From NCBI GenBank assembly GCA_973851085.1, contig OZ316776.1, positions 12,648,001-12,712,000 on the forward strand: DNA of 64,000 bases, given 5' to 3'. The translations under genes and the position numbers were made by a program. The notes under the pieces were generated by a model. That model was not told the DNA's origin and searched no databases. It saw only the letters and a list, made by a program, of their open reading frames with translations. Source of the DNA: Ptychomitrium polyphyllum. Lineage: Eukaryota. This document shows, one piece after another, positions 23,501 to 35,599 of this stretch (position 1 is the first letter of the stretch; every line of letters begins with the position of its first letter).

Positions 23501-24945
23501 TTCATTTTGAATGAGCTCTTAAAGTTCTGAAATTGACTTTATGTTTAAAAGTCATTCCTTTTGCAGAACTTTTCTGCAGAATAGCACAGTAGTACTTATT
23601 CTGATAAGATCTGTAACAAAAAGTTCAGTAATATGGTAAACATGCAAAAACCATGCAAGCAATCCAGGGAGTGAAGCTCCAATTCTCACCAACTGAAATG
23701 CTTGGCTGTTAGTTAGGTCCATTCTAGATATAGAGAGTGCAACAATAGCCGTGGAGTTAGACATTGTGACAAAGAGATTGCAAGGAGTTGCAGGTGATAA
23801 CTAGCTCACATCAGGCTGCAACTGCACATGATACATGATACGACACAACAACTTACAAGGTTGGATATCTGGCATCAGCAAAGGGGCACACTGGGCACGA
23901 GAGAGGACTCATGATATGTACCCGGTAGACGTCCTTGCAGCTCCAGCTATCATGTTTCTTTCAGAGTGCTGCTGTTGAACAAATTATTACGATGGCTGTA
24001 TCCACTTATGCTCACACCTAGTATGGTGGAGTAGAGTATAGAAATATTGATGATAATGACTGAGTCAATCATTTTTGTATGCCATGATGAGTTGTGCAGA
24101 GTTTGACTGGCTTACTCTTTGGTCTTTCTCTAGGACCATGGCCTCTGGTCAAAAGGAGATGAGAAGAAAGTCCATTGAAGTATCCTTCCCATGGCGAGGC
24201 CTCATGGAGGCATCCTTGCAATTTTTTGTTTGTCAATGACCATTTGACGGGCTTGCACTGTTCATTGATTGTGCATGATGAAGGTCTGAGACGTGTCTGA
24301 CATTAATAATGGGCAATGCCTAGACATTGTGTGGCAGATTCTGAATCTGTCAAATTCGTTGAGTAAGAATTGGGTTTCAGTGAATGGATTTGGAAAATGA
24401 AAGCTCAAACCGAAATGACAGACTGTCAAAGTGGTCTCCATGATCGACAAGCAAACTAGGTGGCTTTCTCTTCTCAACAAACAAAGTGGTTGCAGAAAAA
24501 GAAGCCACATTTCAGAGTGTTCGCATCACAGACAGCAAGGTGATCAATTTTCCTGTCATATTTTGTCAATTTAAGGAAATAATCATACAACCAAGTTCAT
24601 TAACCCACTGCACTGGCTCAACAGCCAATAGTAAAAAGGGCATGAAGCAAAGAAATTGTCAAGTTCTTTCAAGCAATCCACACTCAAATGAAAGAAAACG
24701 AAAAAAAAACAGAATTGTTATTCGCAGAAAAAACTTCATACATTTACCATAGATGATAGACAGTTGTCACCGTGAGGTAGAACACTAGCACTAGAGTCTA
24801 AGCCCTACCAACTTACAGTGGTCCTACATAAATTTAACCTCAGTTCTGTATGTTGCAAATCGTACGTTACTACACCACATTGCGTTGTTAGGCTAACTTT
24901 CAATGACTACTGTTTTTCAGATCTGCAATGTCCAAGAATCCTGCG

Positions 24946-27900
24946 TCAAAGCAACCTCTGGAATTTCTTCGCTGTAATAACGTTTCCATCGTACACATAC
25001 ATGTCCATAAGGGACTTGATAGCCCGCCGGACCTTGGACTCACCCACGTCCTGACCAAGGTTACCACGACTGTACCCAGTTTCTGGTTTTGCCCCTAAAC
25101 TTGTTCGGAGGTCCTCGACTTTGAGACCTTCCAATCTGAGAGACTCAAACCCCTGCGGTGGAGCTCTTTCGGTCGCCAAATTAATCAGAGACAGCAACCT
25201 TTAGGGGAAACTGGCGAGCTGAGGACACACAATACTGAGATGAGCAAAATGGAAGAGTTTTATAATGACCTACGTGACAGCATTCAACATATTCATGAAA
25301 ATGTTACTTCATCCCTGAATCTATTTTTTCCAGAGATGCTATTGAAAAACTCGGCAGTAAAACGACTATATGTCCAATAAAAAAGATGGTGTTGCTTACA
25401 TCCTCAAGTACATCTTTCAAAACGAGGTAGTCTTCAGACACTCCGAGTCCAAGTAAATGAAGTAAAGTTCGTCCAAGCTGTTACAACACAAAATAAATTA
25501 GATGTGCCTTAGCCTCATTTGAAATCCATTCTAATAATTCAGGGTTGGGGACCTTTAACTTTCTGCTACGTGTCAGTTTCTTAAATAATATTTCTGAAGG
25601 ACAGTCACCTGTTCTTTAGCAGCTGGTTGAATAGCAGGTATTGCATCACTAGTAAAATGTAGGGAGTTCAGGGTGTACGCCAGAATGCGCACAATCTCTC
25701 CAAAGACTGTGCCATAATCTGCACGAACAGAAAGTGGTTAATTCCCGAAATAACAGCTACAGTAGGAAACAATATTGACACTGATGATTTTCTATAACGA
25801 AAAAGCAAGCTTGAGTTACCTTCTCGTAACACTGGAACCCCAAGTGCAGCTGCAGCATGCATCTGAACTTCAAGACTTTCAGAGCCCCGTAGAAGCAATT
25901 GAAGTAACTCAATAAGAGTTCCTGCCCTGGTATTTGCACAAGGGCATAGTTAAACCCCATATCGAAGGCAAACAAAGAAGATGGCGCTAGACAAAATATT
26001 CAAAAGAATCTCAAGCGCAGTACCAAAATACATATAGGCCTAGAAGCATTACCATGGTGACGTGGACAAATCAATACTTGGATTTTGGAGTAGCATTCCA
26101 ACAGCGTCACACACATTCCATTGTACCTGTTCAAGTACAAATTAGTGTCAAAAGACGTTACTAACTGACTGTTAGGTATAACTTCCGCCTGGAGTTTACC
26201 GTTTTGAAAACCATCAATTATAAAAAACTTAAGGAGAGCCGGCATGCACCTCCACATTTTCTGAAGTTGAGCAGGACAAAAATGTCTGCACCGTTGTACC
26301 CAACCACTCCGATGAAGTTGCAGATTGCACGACTTCAAAATCAACTATGCCAACTCTATATCTGCTGACTTCGCCACTAACGTCAAGCGGCGCAGTCTTG
26401 AAGTTCAGGATGCTCGCCAGTTTGCCCAGCGCCCTCAAAGCGTTAACACAGACCTGGAGTGTTGCATAAAGACCAGAAAGGTCAATGGCAGCACGGCAGA
26501 AGTAACAGCACCCAGTCATCAAACTGTTCAGAACAAATATATGCTTAAATGGTAACTGATAAGGGGTTAACCTTGATATCAGAGTCTTTTGCAGTTTCAA
26601 TGATGCAAGCAAACAGGCGCTCAAGGGGTAGGTGGCCCAAATTACGCTCTGAAAGGAGTGATAATGACATCAGCTCAACCCCAACAATCTGGGCCAATTA
26701 TCAGAAATTTCCACTAAAACTATCAGAAATTTCCACTAAAACTACCACTCACCATTCGGCAGCAACTCCTGGAAACAGCACAGTAAATATTCGCGTCAAC
26801 TAAATGATATGTCGGCGATGGAAAGGAAGTAGATTAACCTGCTTCCATGGGATCGACCAATGCATGGTAGCTACACAGTCCATCACAAAGATTTGCCAGT
26901 GCCCATGATACGGAAAGACGCTCCTGCTCCCATTCATTTGCCCACTAAAGTTAAACAGAGATATTCTGGAAGTATCCCACATACCATTCTATTCAGAAGA
27001 ATTCCTTCGTTCTAATGGCCAGAGCATGAGTTGAACCATCGTAAGCTAGAATTGTCGAGAAAACTAATCCTATGTAGCCTCATTAAAGAAGACGTAGCAC
27101 GTACTGGACTCGAGTCCTCCATCCTTAGAGTTAACATGCTCATAAAGGCAGCCACGTGGTCGTGACTGACAAAACAACGATTCCAGTGTTAGAGATTCAG
27201 GCTTCACAAGCAATTAAATTTTGCATTTGCAGGGATAGGCAAAGTACAAGATCCCTATACTTGTAACTGGATTAAGGAGAGATTCTTTGGCTTTAGGATC
27301 AGTTAAAAGCTGGATTACGGAATTACCAGCTTTTGCGAGTTGGTCAGTAAAAATTTGAGCGTTTGTACCTCTTCGATACTTGAGGGAAGCCCACAATAAC
27401 ACCGACGGCCCGGCATGCAGCCGACCGAACTGCTGGGATATCATCGCACTGAGAAGCACGCATCTAACCGAACACATGCAAACCCCTTTCTTGGATTAGC
27501 ATCAGTACATCAAAGAGAAAAACCCTTTCACTTGCACGAAAGTGGCATAACTTACCATAAACTCATCTCAAATAAACCCTATACCCAGATTAAAACGCTG
27601 ACATCAGTACGCAATGTCGAATAATACACATGTACAAGAAACATGTACATAGTATGTTACATTCAATAAACTCCACCTGTACAATGAATTACTGAGCAAT
27701 ACAAGGCGCAGTAGAGCATACAATGGTGGATAAGATGAACTCTTGCTTCGGTGCAGGTAGAGAGCAGAATACTGCTGGAGTTAACCCAGCAAAACACGAC
27801 AGTCCCGCTCCTCGAATCTAGAAAGTATCCAGACGAAATGAGCCAAGCGCCGGGGCAAGAACATGAAAATAACAAGTAAATCCACATAAACATATCCCTA

Positions 27901-30900
27901 TGTCTCACATGACTCAAAAAAAATCATATGACAAGCAGGAACTAAGTTCACAACTCACCATAGGGGACCTATGGCGCAGGACCCCAGGCAAGAGACGCTC
28001 CAAAGCCAGAAGCCACTGCAAGGATCCTTCTTCCTGACTTTGTTCAGAAACCGTGCCACCAGAAGCCGTTGCGTTATTAGGAGTAGCAAATTTAGGACTA
28101 CAGAGAAGCTTCAAAGCTTCTGGGGGTTCTGATAGCTGAGGCGACAGCGACGAATTCAATGAACTACCTTCCTGTCTTAGCACTTCAAAATCTGATGCAA
28201 CTCGAAGGAGTTCATCCAGCAGCTTCAACATGAAACCTCTGCTAATGTTAGCAACACAAGTCTAAAAAAGGGTCTATAAGCATTAGACGTACGAATTCTA
28301 ATTAAAAATCAAAAATATATAAACATGCATAGAGGATATAAATATATGAGCACAAGATGAATTCTATTAAATCAGTGACTGGAAACCAAGTTACTGATTA
28401 AGTTTCACACCTCAATTGCGCATTGGACAAGTTCGTCATCAGAAAGTCGAGAATTTTGTTCAAGCCCAGTAGATGAAACACTTTTTGCAAAAGCTGTAGA
28501 TAACAAGTGTGCATCATCACTAGCTCCGGATCGATTTTCTAAAGTTCCTGAGTCAATAACCGGGACCAACACCTTGAATATATCATCCCAGTATGGGGCA
28601 ACCAACCTTGGGTAATTGTGCGCTGCAGCCTTCAAAGCCTGTAATCACATTTAGCGACTTAGAAAGAGTATCTTCCGGATTGTCATGTGCAGCTACAACA
28701 GGAAAAAAGTAAATGATGAAGAAATAACCTGAATTGCCTCAACTTGTACAGCGATCGGGGCAGGAGCCTGGGAATAAGTTATCAGATCGACCAAAAGAGA
28801 GCGTGATACCGTTAAATTGTTTAACCCTGCATGACCAGGCCGGATGTTAGCGGGAGCTTAGGACAATGGCGTTTTTAATCTTCAATATGACGATTCTAAT
28901 ACATAAGCTCTCAGTAGAAAGACGGTTGATATACTCCAACAGGACTAAACGAGATTTGAAACGCAACATAACTACGAGAATAACCTGAAAGAGCCCCATT
29001 CGAAAGTATATTGTACAGCTGGGTGGATGAGGGAGCTATGCTCAAGGATGCCCTAAGACAAGTAATTGCTGCAGTCTGCAAACCATGAAGTAAATATTTA
29101 AAAAAAAAGTTCAGTTGACTAAAGAATCATTTGGAATTCCTGATTGCGGAACTTGTGAAGCACATCAAGATTGATTCGTTACATTCTGTGTATCCAATTA
29201 ATGAAAAGTAGGGGCTCATTTGGAATGACAACATCATAATAACATCCATGAAGCCTTTCTTAGAACTGTACCAAAATGCTGCTCTGGTTAAGAAAATTAT
29301 TTGATTCTCGAATCCTCTTGCTTATAGAAAGAACGATGCTCGATAGAATCTCCGACGGAAGTTGACTAAACCTGCATTAGTTCCACCACGCAAGTAATGA
29401 ATACTAAAATTAATATATCATATAAAACAAGAAGCAACAGATCAAAGGACAGGGAATGAGATGAAACCTAAGTCTATAAACAAGCGAAAGAAAGTGCATA
29501 CAATGAGACGTAACGCAGTTAATTAAAGTAGTAAAAGGCTGGAAAACATACGGAGCTGCAGAAATATAAAGAGACATAGCTTTAAGTGCAGGTAGTAAAA
29601 CGCCATTGTGCTTTTCATTCAGTACAGTATTTACAAGACCTGCCAAGCATTTATCACAGAAATGAATACTAATCGATAAGGTCAAGGGGCAGTATAGAAC
29701 GGGTAAGACAGGCTGTGGATGATTTGCACATGACTTATTTATACAACGAACTTATATATTGCAGCATGAATGATTACCAGCTTGGAGGTCCAGAAATATT
29801 TGCCTCTCGAAACCTGATAGTCCTTCGTGTGCTAAGTTCTTGTCTTGATAACATGGGTACATAAAGCACTCGAGCATAACAACAAGAATAGTAGCTGCAG
29901 CCGCACGAATCTGGAACCATCAGCCCACACACCCCCGATGAGAACCATTAGCAATCGGGCAATGCTCTTGTTGAAAGCAAAACTCTTACAGCACAATGAA
30001 GAGTAAATAGATAGTACCTTCGCTAGTGGCTCAAATCGCAAAATATTCAGCAGCGTTGTTTCGTCAGATCTGCGTTGCGGTCGATCAATTGAATCAAACC
30101 AGATTAAGATGTTAACACCAGTCTGGTGTACTGTTAATTTGAACATCACATGCTAACAATGGCTAGACGAAATCCTCTAATGTACTCAATGTACAATCTC
30201 AGTGAATTAAAATGTTGAGTTCTGTTACCGAGGCTGCCCCATGTTGTCGGAGGGAAGAAGCAAAGCCGAACATTTTTTTAAGCCTTCTGGATGTGCTCTA
30301 GCTATTGCCTAAACAAATCAGCACAACAAATAATTTTCAGAAAACTTCGTTTTTTTTTTTCTTCGTCGACACAAATAGGGGGCCTCTATGCAGATTGTTG
30401 ATGCACAAGCTATTCCTCCAGTTACAGTCAGGTATTAGTATACCTTCCTTCACAACTTTATCACTGGTCGACCGATAGCCACAAACCTTCTGAACAATGA
30501 CCTAATTGTATTAAAATATTAACTATATTCAAGTAGGAATGTGAAGTTTGACCTGAATGACGCCTATGGAATACATCCGCAACTCGGAACTGTTGTTACG
30601 GAAAGCAGCTTCAGCTGAAACACCACCCTGACTGTCAAATGGGTTAAATGAGATTGAGTCAACTGTGTCTGGCATGCACAAACTTCCACCTTCAGTTACC
30701 AGCTCAAACCCTTCCATCGCATGAAAGATAAATGAGCGCCCTGTGTCCTCGTGCCTTGTACTTGAGCTCGTGACTTCACCTTGACTAACGTTTAAACCAT
30801 AAAGGAAAAACATCCGCGAGGATACCACCAAGGCTACTACCTGGCAGCAGACAAAAAGGTGTCCCACATAAGATCCTGAATTTAAAGGCTAGGAGGCTAG

Positions 30901-32971
30901 TTCAAAGACAACCAAGGTTCCTCCTAAAATTCAACTCTTTGTCATTTAATTTTTATCCTCGTCAGTCTGCCAAACAACTGAAAGTAGAAGGCAAGGAAAT
31001 CTTACGTGTTCTTTGAGACGCTCCTCTGGTTTACATACAATTATATACACACAGCGAAGCAAATCCACATAGTATCTGATTTTGGACACACACCAGGCCA
31101 TATATTAACGATCAAGACAATACACCAATACAGTCATAGGCTACCACGTGCCGCTTTAAATAACGTACAAGGAAAAACAACAGCCGCACTACCAACCTGG
31201 ATGCAGCAGAATCCTCCACCAATGTTTTCTTGGAGGCAAGTGAGTCGAGGATTACCAGCAAGGCCTGCAACTCAACATCAAAAACCACTTATAAGAAGTT
31301 GACCTTACGGTTCATGGATGGATCTCTCGTTAATGACAGTGACAATTCATCCCGGATGCGATTAGTACAGCAGCATTGAAGGGTAGAACCAATTTGATAG
31401 AAGAGTGACTCCAAGATTAAAAGTAATAACCTCTCTACAGCAAGGTACTTTCGGAAAAGCCGTATGTACAATATCAATATCTCCATGCGATTGTTAAAAC
31501 TTAAGCTGATTAATAAAACCGAGTTTTCTTCAAGAGTAAGCTCAGTTTCATTCCGTCAGCTCGTTCTGACCGAAAGAAATGCATCTAGATTACCTCATTG
31601 CAGCAATAAGATCTAAAAGCATATTGACTATAGGCTAATGCCACTAAGCCTTAAATAAGTCACATTCAAATTGCGCACCTGTACTGCACTCGTCCAAGAA
31701 TCATCAGACACCAGAGGCCTCGATTGGTTGATTAGACTCCCCAGGACAACAAAAGTAAGCCTCTGCACTTCCACTTCGTCAATGTTGCTCCCATCCCGGG
31801 CATCAGAAGGAGATCTTAAAGTGATTTGCAGAGCTGGCACCGGTGTTACTGGGTATCGTATCAACCCAGAGAGAAACAAGACGAGTTCTGAGACATCGTC
31901 CATACTGAAAAGGCCTCCATTAAGTGCTTGCAGTAGGAATTGCCTGTTCAAATTTCCAACGAAGAGGTTGAGAGTAGTTGTTACAGTAGTGGTCTATTCA
32001 ATTACGGCTCGATAATTCCTACACCTGCAAAGGAAAGAACCCCACAAGGACACCAGTATTGGCAGCATGTACCCAAGCGCTGCAACGGCTTCCACTTTCG
32101 CCCTGCCAGCTTCAGTTCCCCCTTCTTCCCCTAGAAGAATCACCGTCGAGGCCGACGTGATCGTTCCTTGAAAGAAATGCATGAGGGCAAGCCGCGAATC
32201 CCCATTGAACACCAATTGCAGAGGTTGAAAAACACTCCTTATCTGTGCACACAAGTGAACATTTGCTGTTTGCCTTCAGCGATATCGATACTGACGAAGA
32301 AACCCGAGGTATAAAACTGGAGCATAACGTAAGACAATATTAAATCCATGCAGATGACCGACTTACAAAGATACAAGTCAACCGGCAAATGCGAGCAGCT
32401 TCAGCACCATCAATAGGCAGCCATCTGTCCGATACAGCTTGCACAATCAAAATAACATCGTCCGCAACCTGCCAATATAGCAAGCAGGCTCTCTGTGAAA
32501 GTTTCTGAAGCCTGGACCATCCCATCTGGTCAGTAAAGATCACTCAAAAGACTTATTGGAGAGTAATAAAATCTTCCTCGGAATTTATACAATAGGAACC
32601 CTTATTACAACAGCTTAAGTCGTCTCGGGCTAACGTGATAGTTTAGACGCGCAATTTAACGAAGCCAGAAGGGTTTGAGCAGATAGCCTAATTTAATGGG
32701 AGCAACGGCGTAGTCAAATGAATCTGATATAAGAAAGGGATGAAAAAAAAAGGAAGGAACCAAGAGGCAGAATGAACAGAGAAATGGCGATAAGGAGCAC
32801 CTCCTGTGATGGGAGGTCGGAGCAGCAATGTAAGATGTTGGGAAAAAGAAGAAGCAGATTAGGAATCAATGACGACGGTTCCTGCGCGGCTCGCAGAGAT
32901 TCGAACACCCAGCGCCATGGCCGCCCACCAGCAAGGTGCTGTCTCGGGTTGCTTTTCTGCTGCTCCGTCAT
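24946..32971 (-). CDS. HEATR6: HEAT repeat-containing protein 6-like (ARM/HEAT, DUF4042), more than 25 exons, with a premature TAA at 25201-25203 in the last exon
   Basis: Motifs recovered in order across in-phase exons: RPWRWVFESLR, RMFFLYGL, LLLPSD..QPR, TLLNILRFEPLAKIRAAAA, AAITCLRASLS, ALKAAAHNYP, LLDELLR, IRGAGLSCFAGLT, AVRSAACRAVGV, SWALANLCD, NALRALG, VQWNVC, HAAAALGVP..DYG, AIKSLMDMY...AKKFQRLL*. Start ATG is at 32971. Confidence 0.85.
26699..26742. repeat. Intronic 22-bp tandem duplication
   Basis: TATCAGAAATTTCCACTAAAAC x2. Confidence 0.9.
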
Positions 32972-34876
32972 GGCTGATCCCACTAATCTCTATCCTGCAA
33001 CAATTCCTGTCTCTCCTTTCCCGTTCAGTGGGATGAAGAACTCATTGCTTCCACCTTCAGAGCTGCAGCATCCCCCAAACTCTAGCCAGGTAGCACTCTG
33101 CAGTAACACTGCTACTCCTACTGCTGAGAACTGCACCTCCGTCTCTCTAACCCCACTCTCTTGTTGCCATTATACACATCCGGCTCGGTACCTGCTCTCA
33201 ATCCTTCCTCTCCTTCGGAAGTCGGCCTGAATGTAGCTCCAGATGATCTGCAATGTGCAGCAGTGGAGACATACATGACAGTCCCATGAAGGTTAAGTTA
33301 AGGTGAAGACATGGCCACCATCCCTCGCCACTCCATCGACAAAGTCACTATCTCCTTTGATAGACACAATGGGAATAAATCTTCAGTCCCACCCGCCCAC
33401 ACAAGCCCTGGACAGCGATTGCTCCGTTGACCAAGAAAATATATCACGAGGACGTCAAAAAGCTGGTATCCTGTCCACTACAGAATCTCTCTCTCATCAT
33501 GAACATAACAGGCAAACCCTCAAGCTGAGAACTTCGAAGCACAGGAGAAGGAAGGAAGCAAACTTGTAACTTGGTGTGGTCGACTCGGTAATCAAACCCC
33601 TAGTCAGCTAGACTTCCTTCTTTCTTGGGACAAGACAAACAGCTGTAGCACTTTGGAAGCAGACAACTTCGAAACGAACAGTGGCGTCAGTGGCATGGAG
33701 CTCCGAAGATATATGGGGTCGCTTAGATCGTTGCGGAGCCACCCAGTTTCGGTCCCTCCTGCCTATCTTCAACGAACGTGCACATTCGAGCTTGGATGTG
33801 TCTTCGTCAGGTAAGAACGCAAAAACAACTCCGTGCACTACGGTTCCCTGATTTGCCTGAATAGGTGCACGAAGGAGCCAATTCTGTACTGAATTGCTAG
33901 AATAGTTCTATAATGACCGCGTGACTCCGTCACGCACGAAGCTATTTTGTTTCTCTCTGCCTGGAGCAGCAACGTTTCAGGATAGTAGTACACGCACTTC
34001 TGCCACGACCAACCAGATGCCCGACTATAGTTGGCCATCGGCGCAATTTCAGGACATTTACGGAAGATCTCCTCACCTAAATAGCTTCCGGTGGGCCTCG
34101 GCTATCATTGCACCATGCACGCAAGGTCACTGTTTCTCGCCCGCATCCAAAACCAAATGCTGTCCCCCACTACTCTTCTGCTTCTGCCTAGCTCTTTCAA
34201 AGTCCGAACTCCCAATCGCCTGAAACCACCAAGTTCCAACAACTGACCATTTCGCTTCCTAGGTAGACACTTCTCATGTGCCCAGTCCAGCGCCCACCCT
34301 TGCACGTGCACGTGGATTCTCATACTCTTGAACTGATACGTGACATCTCCGCAAGACTCGGTTCCTCGCGAAGTGAGATGCAGTCAAGCATCACGATCCT
34401 CAAATCCCAAATCCGAGGCTCCTCCTGCTCCTGCTCTTTGCTGTCAACCGATCGGATCCTGTCAACAATAGTGCCCAGCCGTGGTTGCGGGGGTGCAGTG
34501 CAGCATGCACTGATTGTGCTTAGCTGATGATGCGATGCCGAGTGCCATCTGACCGCACTGCTCCCACTCTCATAAAAAAAGCAACACCTTCGATTGCGCG
34601 TATCGGAACTCCACCAAATCGGAACTTGATCAAAGAATGTTCGTTGTCTGAGATCCTCACTGCGCCGCTAAATAGCGACACCACATCTGTCACTCAAGCC
34701 CCGCGTGTCCGCTCGGCAACTAGTTACAATCCTAACGCGAAACTTTTCTTACAACCATAGTTTACTTTTCTGGCACGCACGCAAAAGCCAGGACTTACAA
34801 CCTAGCGTTTGCTTAACCCCTAATGCTCACGTTTCGTTTGTTTTGGGCTTGATTTTTCTATTGCAGGTGACTGTGG

Positions 34877-34899
34877 TTGATTGATTGATTGATTGATTG
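34877..34899. repeat. (GATT)n microsatellite
   Basis: ttgattgattgattgattgattg. Confidence 0.9.
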
Positions 34900-34911
34900 T
34901 AAAGAGACCCC

Positions 34912-35019
34912 TGCTGAACTATGTAAGACTTTAGAGTGATGAAGTTGGCTTTTGGAAAAGTCCGGTGCTGAACTATGTAAGACTTTAGAGTGATGAAGTT
35001 GGCTTTTGGAAAAGTCCGG
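34912..35019. repeat. Perfect 54-bp tandem duplication
   Basis: TGCTGAACTATGTAAGACTTTAGAGTGATGAAGTTGGCTTTTGGAAAAGTCCGG at 34912-34965 and 34966-35019. Confidence 0.95.
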
Positions 35020-35599
35020 TATTGAAGGAAAAAGTGCACATGGTAGGCTCCTCATCTTATCATTTGGATTTGGGAAAAAAAACCAAATTATTAATAGAAG
35101 AGCATTTCAAATGATTTGCTTTTGCTTTGTAACCATGAAAAATCTTGATAACTTGATTACTTTGAATAAGTTTCAATATTTTTTCATTTTGGTAGAAGTA
35201 AAAAATGATAGTCCAAAATATGATGATGAAGTGGTGTTCATATTATTTTAGTTTTTTGGTGGTTTTTATCACTCAAATAAAGCAGAGTATTTGGCTTCTA
35301 GGTGATGGCTTTAATGTTATTTTTAGCATTGAAGAGTTAACTACTGTATAAAATGTGGTGAAAACGACATAGAAATGGGCTTCATCTATTGGCCTACCAA
35401 ACAACAATATTGCATCTTAACAAATCAATTAGTGTGGGCACACTTTGAACAAACAAGAATTTTAAAGTCCAATTAACATACATAAATAAAAATGTACAAC
35501 GTCTTTTATGAAAGAGTAGCTTGTGCTAATAGGCTTATTAAATAAAAATTCACAGTATAATAATTTGATGATTTTCTACAAAAAAAACAAAATGTAACA

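Noticed and set aside
26570..26600. Suspected frameshift in a HEATR6 exon
   Set aside because: Recounting the T-run gives GCA AAA GAC TCT GAT ATC AAG, which is in frame with the next exon.
31289..31486. ORF as an extra HEATR6 exon
   Set aside because: It would need a 44-nt intron and breaks phase. The homologous exon is 31264-31197 (ALLVILDSLASKKTLVEDSAASR).
34936..34971. C/D-box snoRNA (GTGATGA...CTGA)
   Set aside because: The boxes are only ~36 nt apart, their pairing arises from the tandem duplication, and there is no terminal stem.
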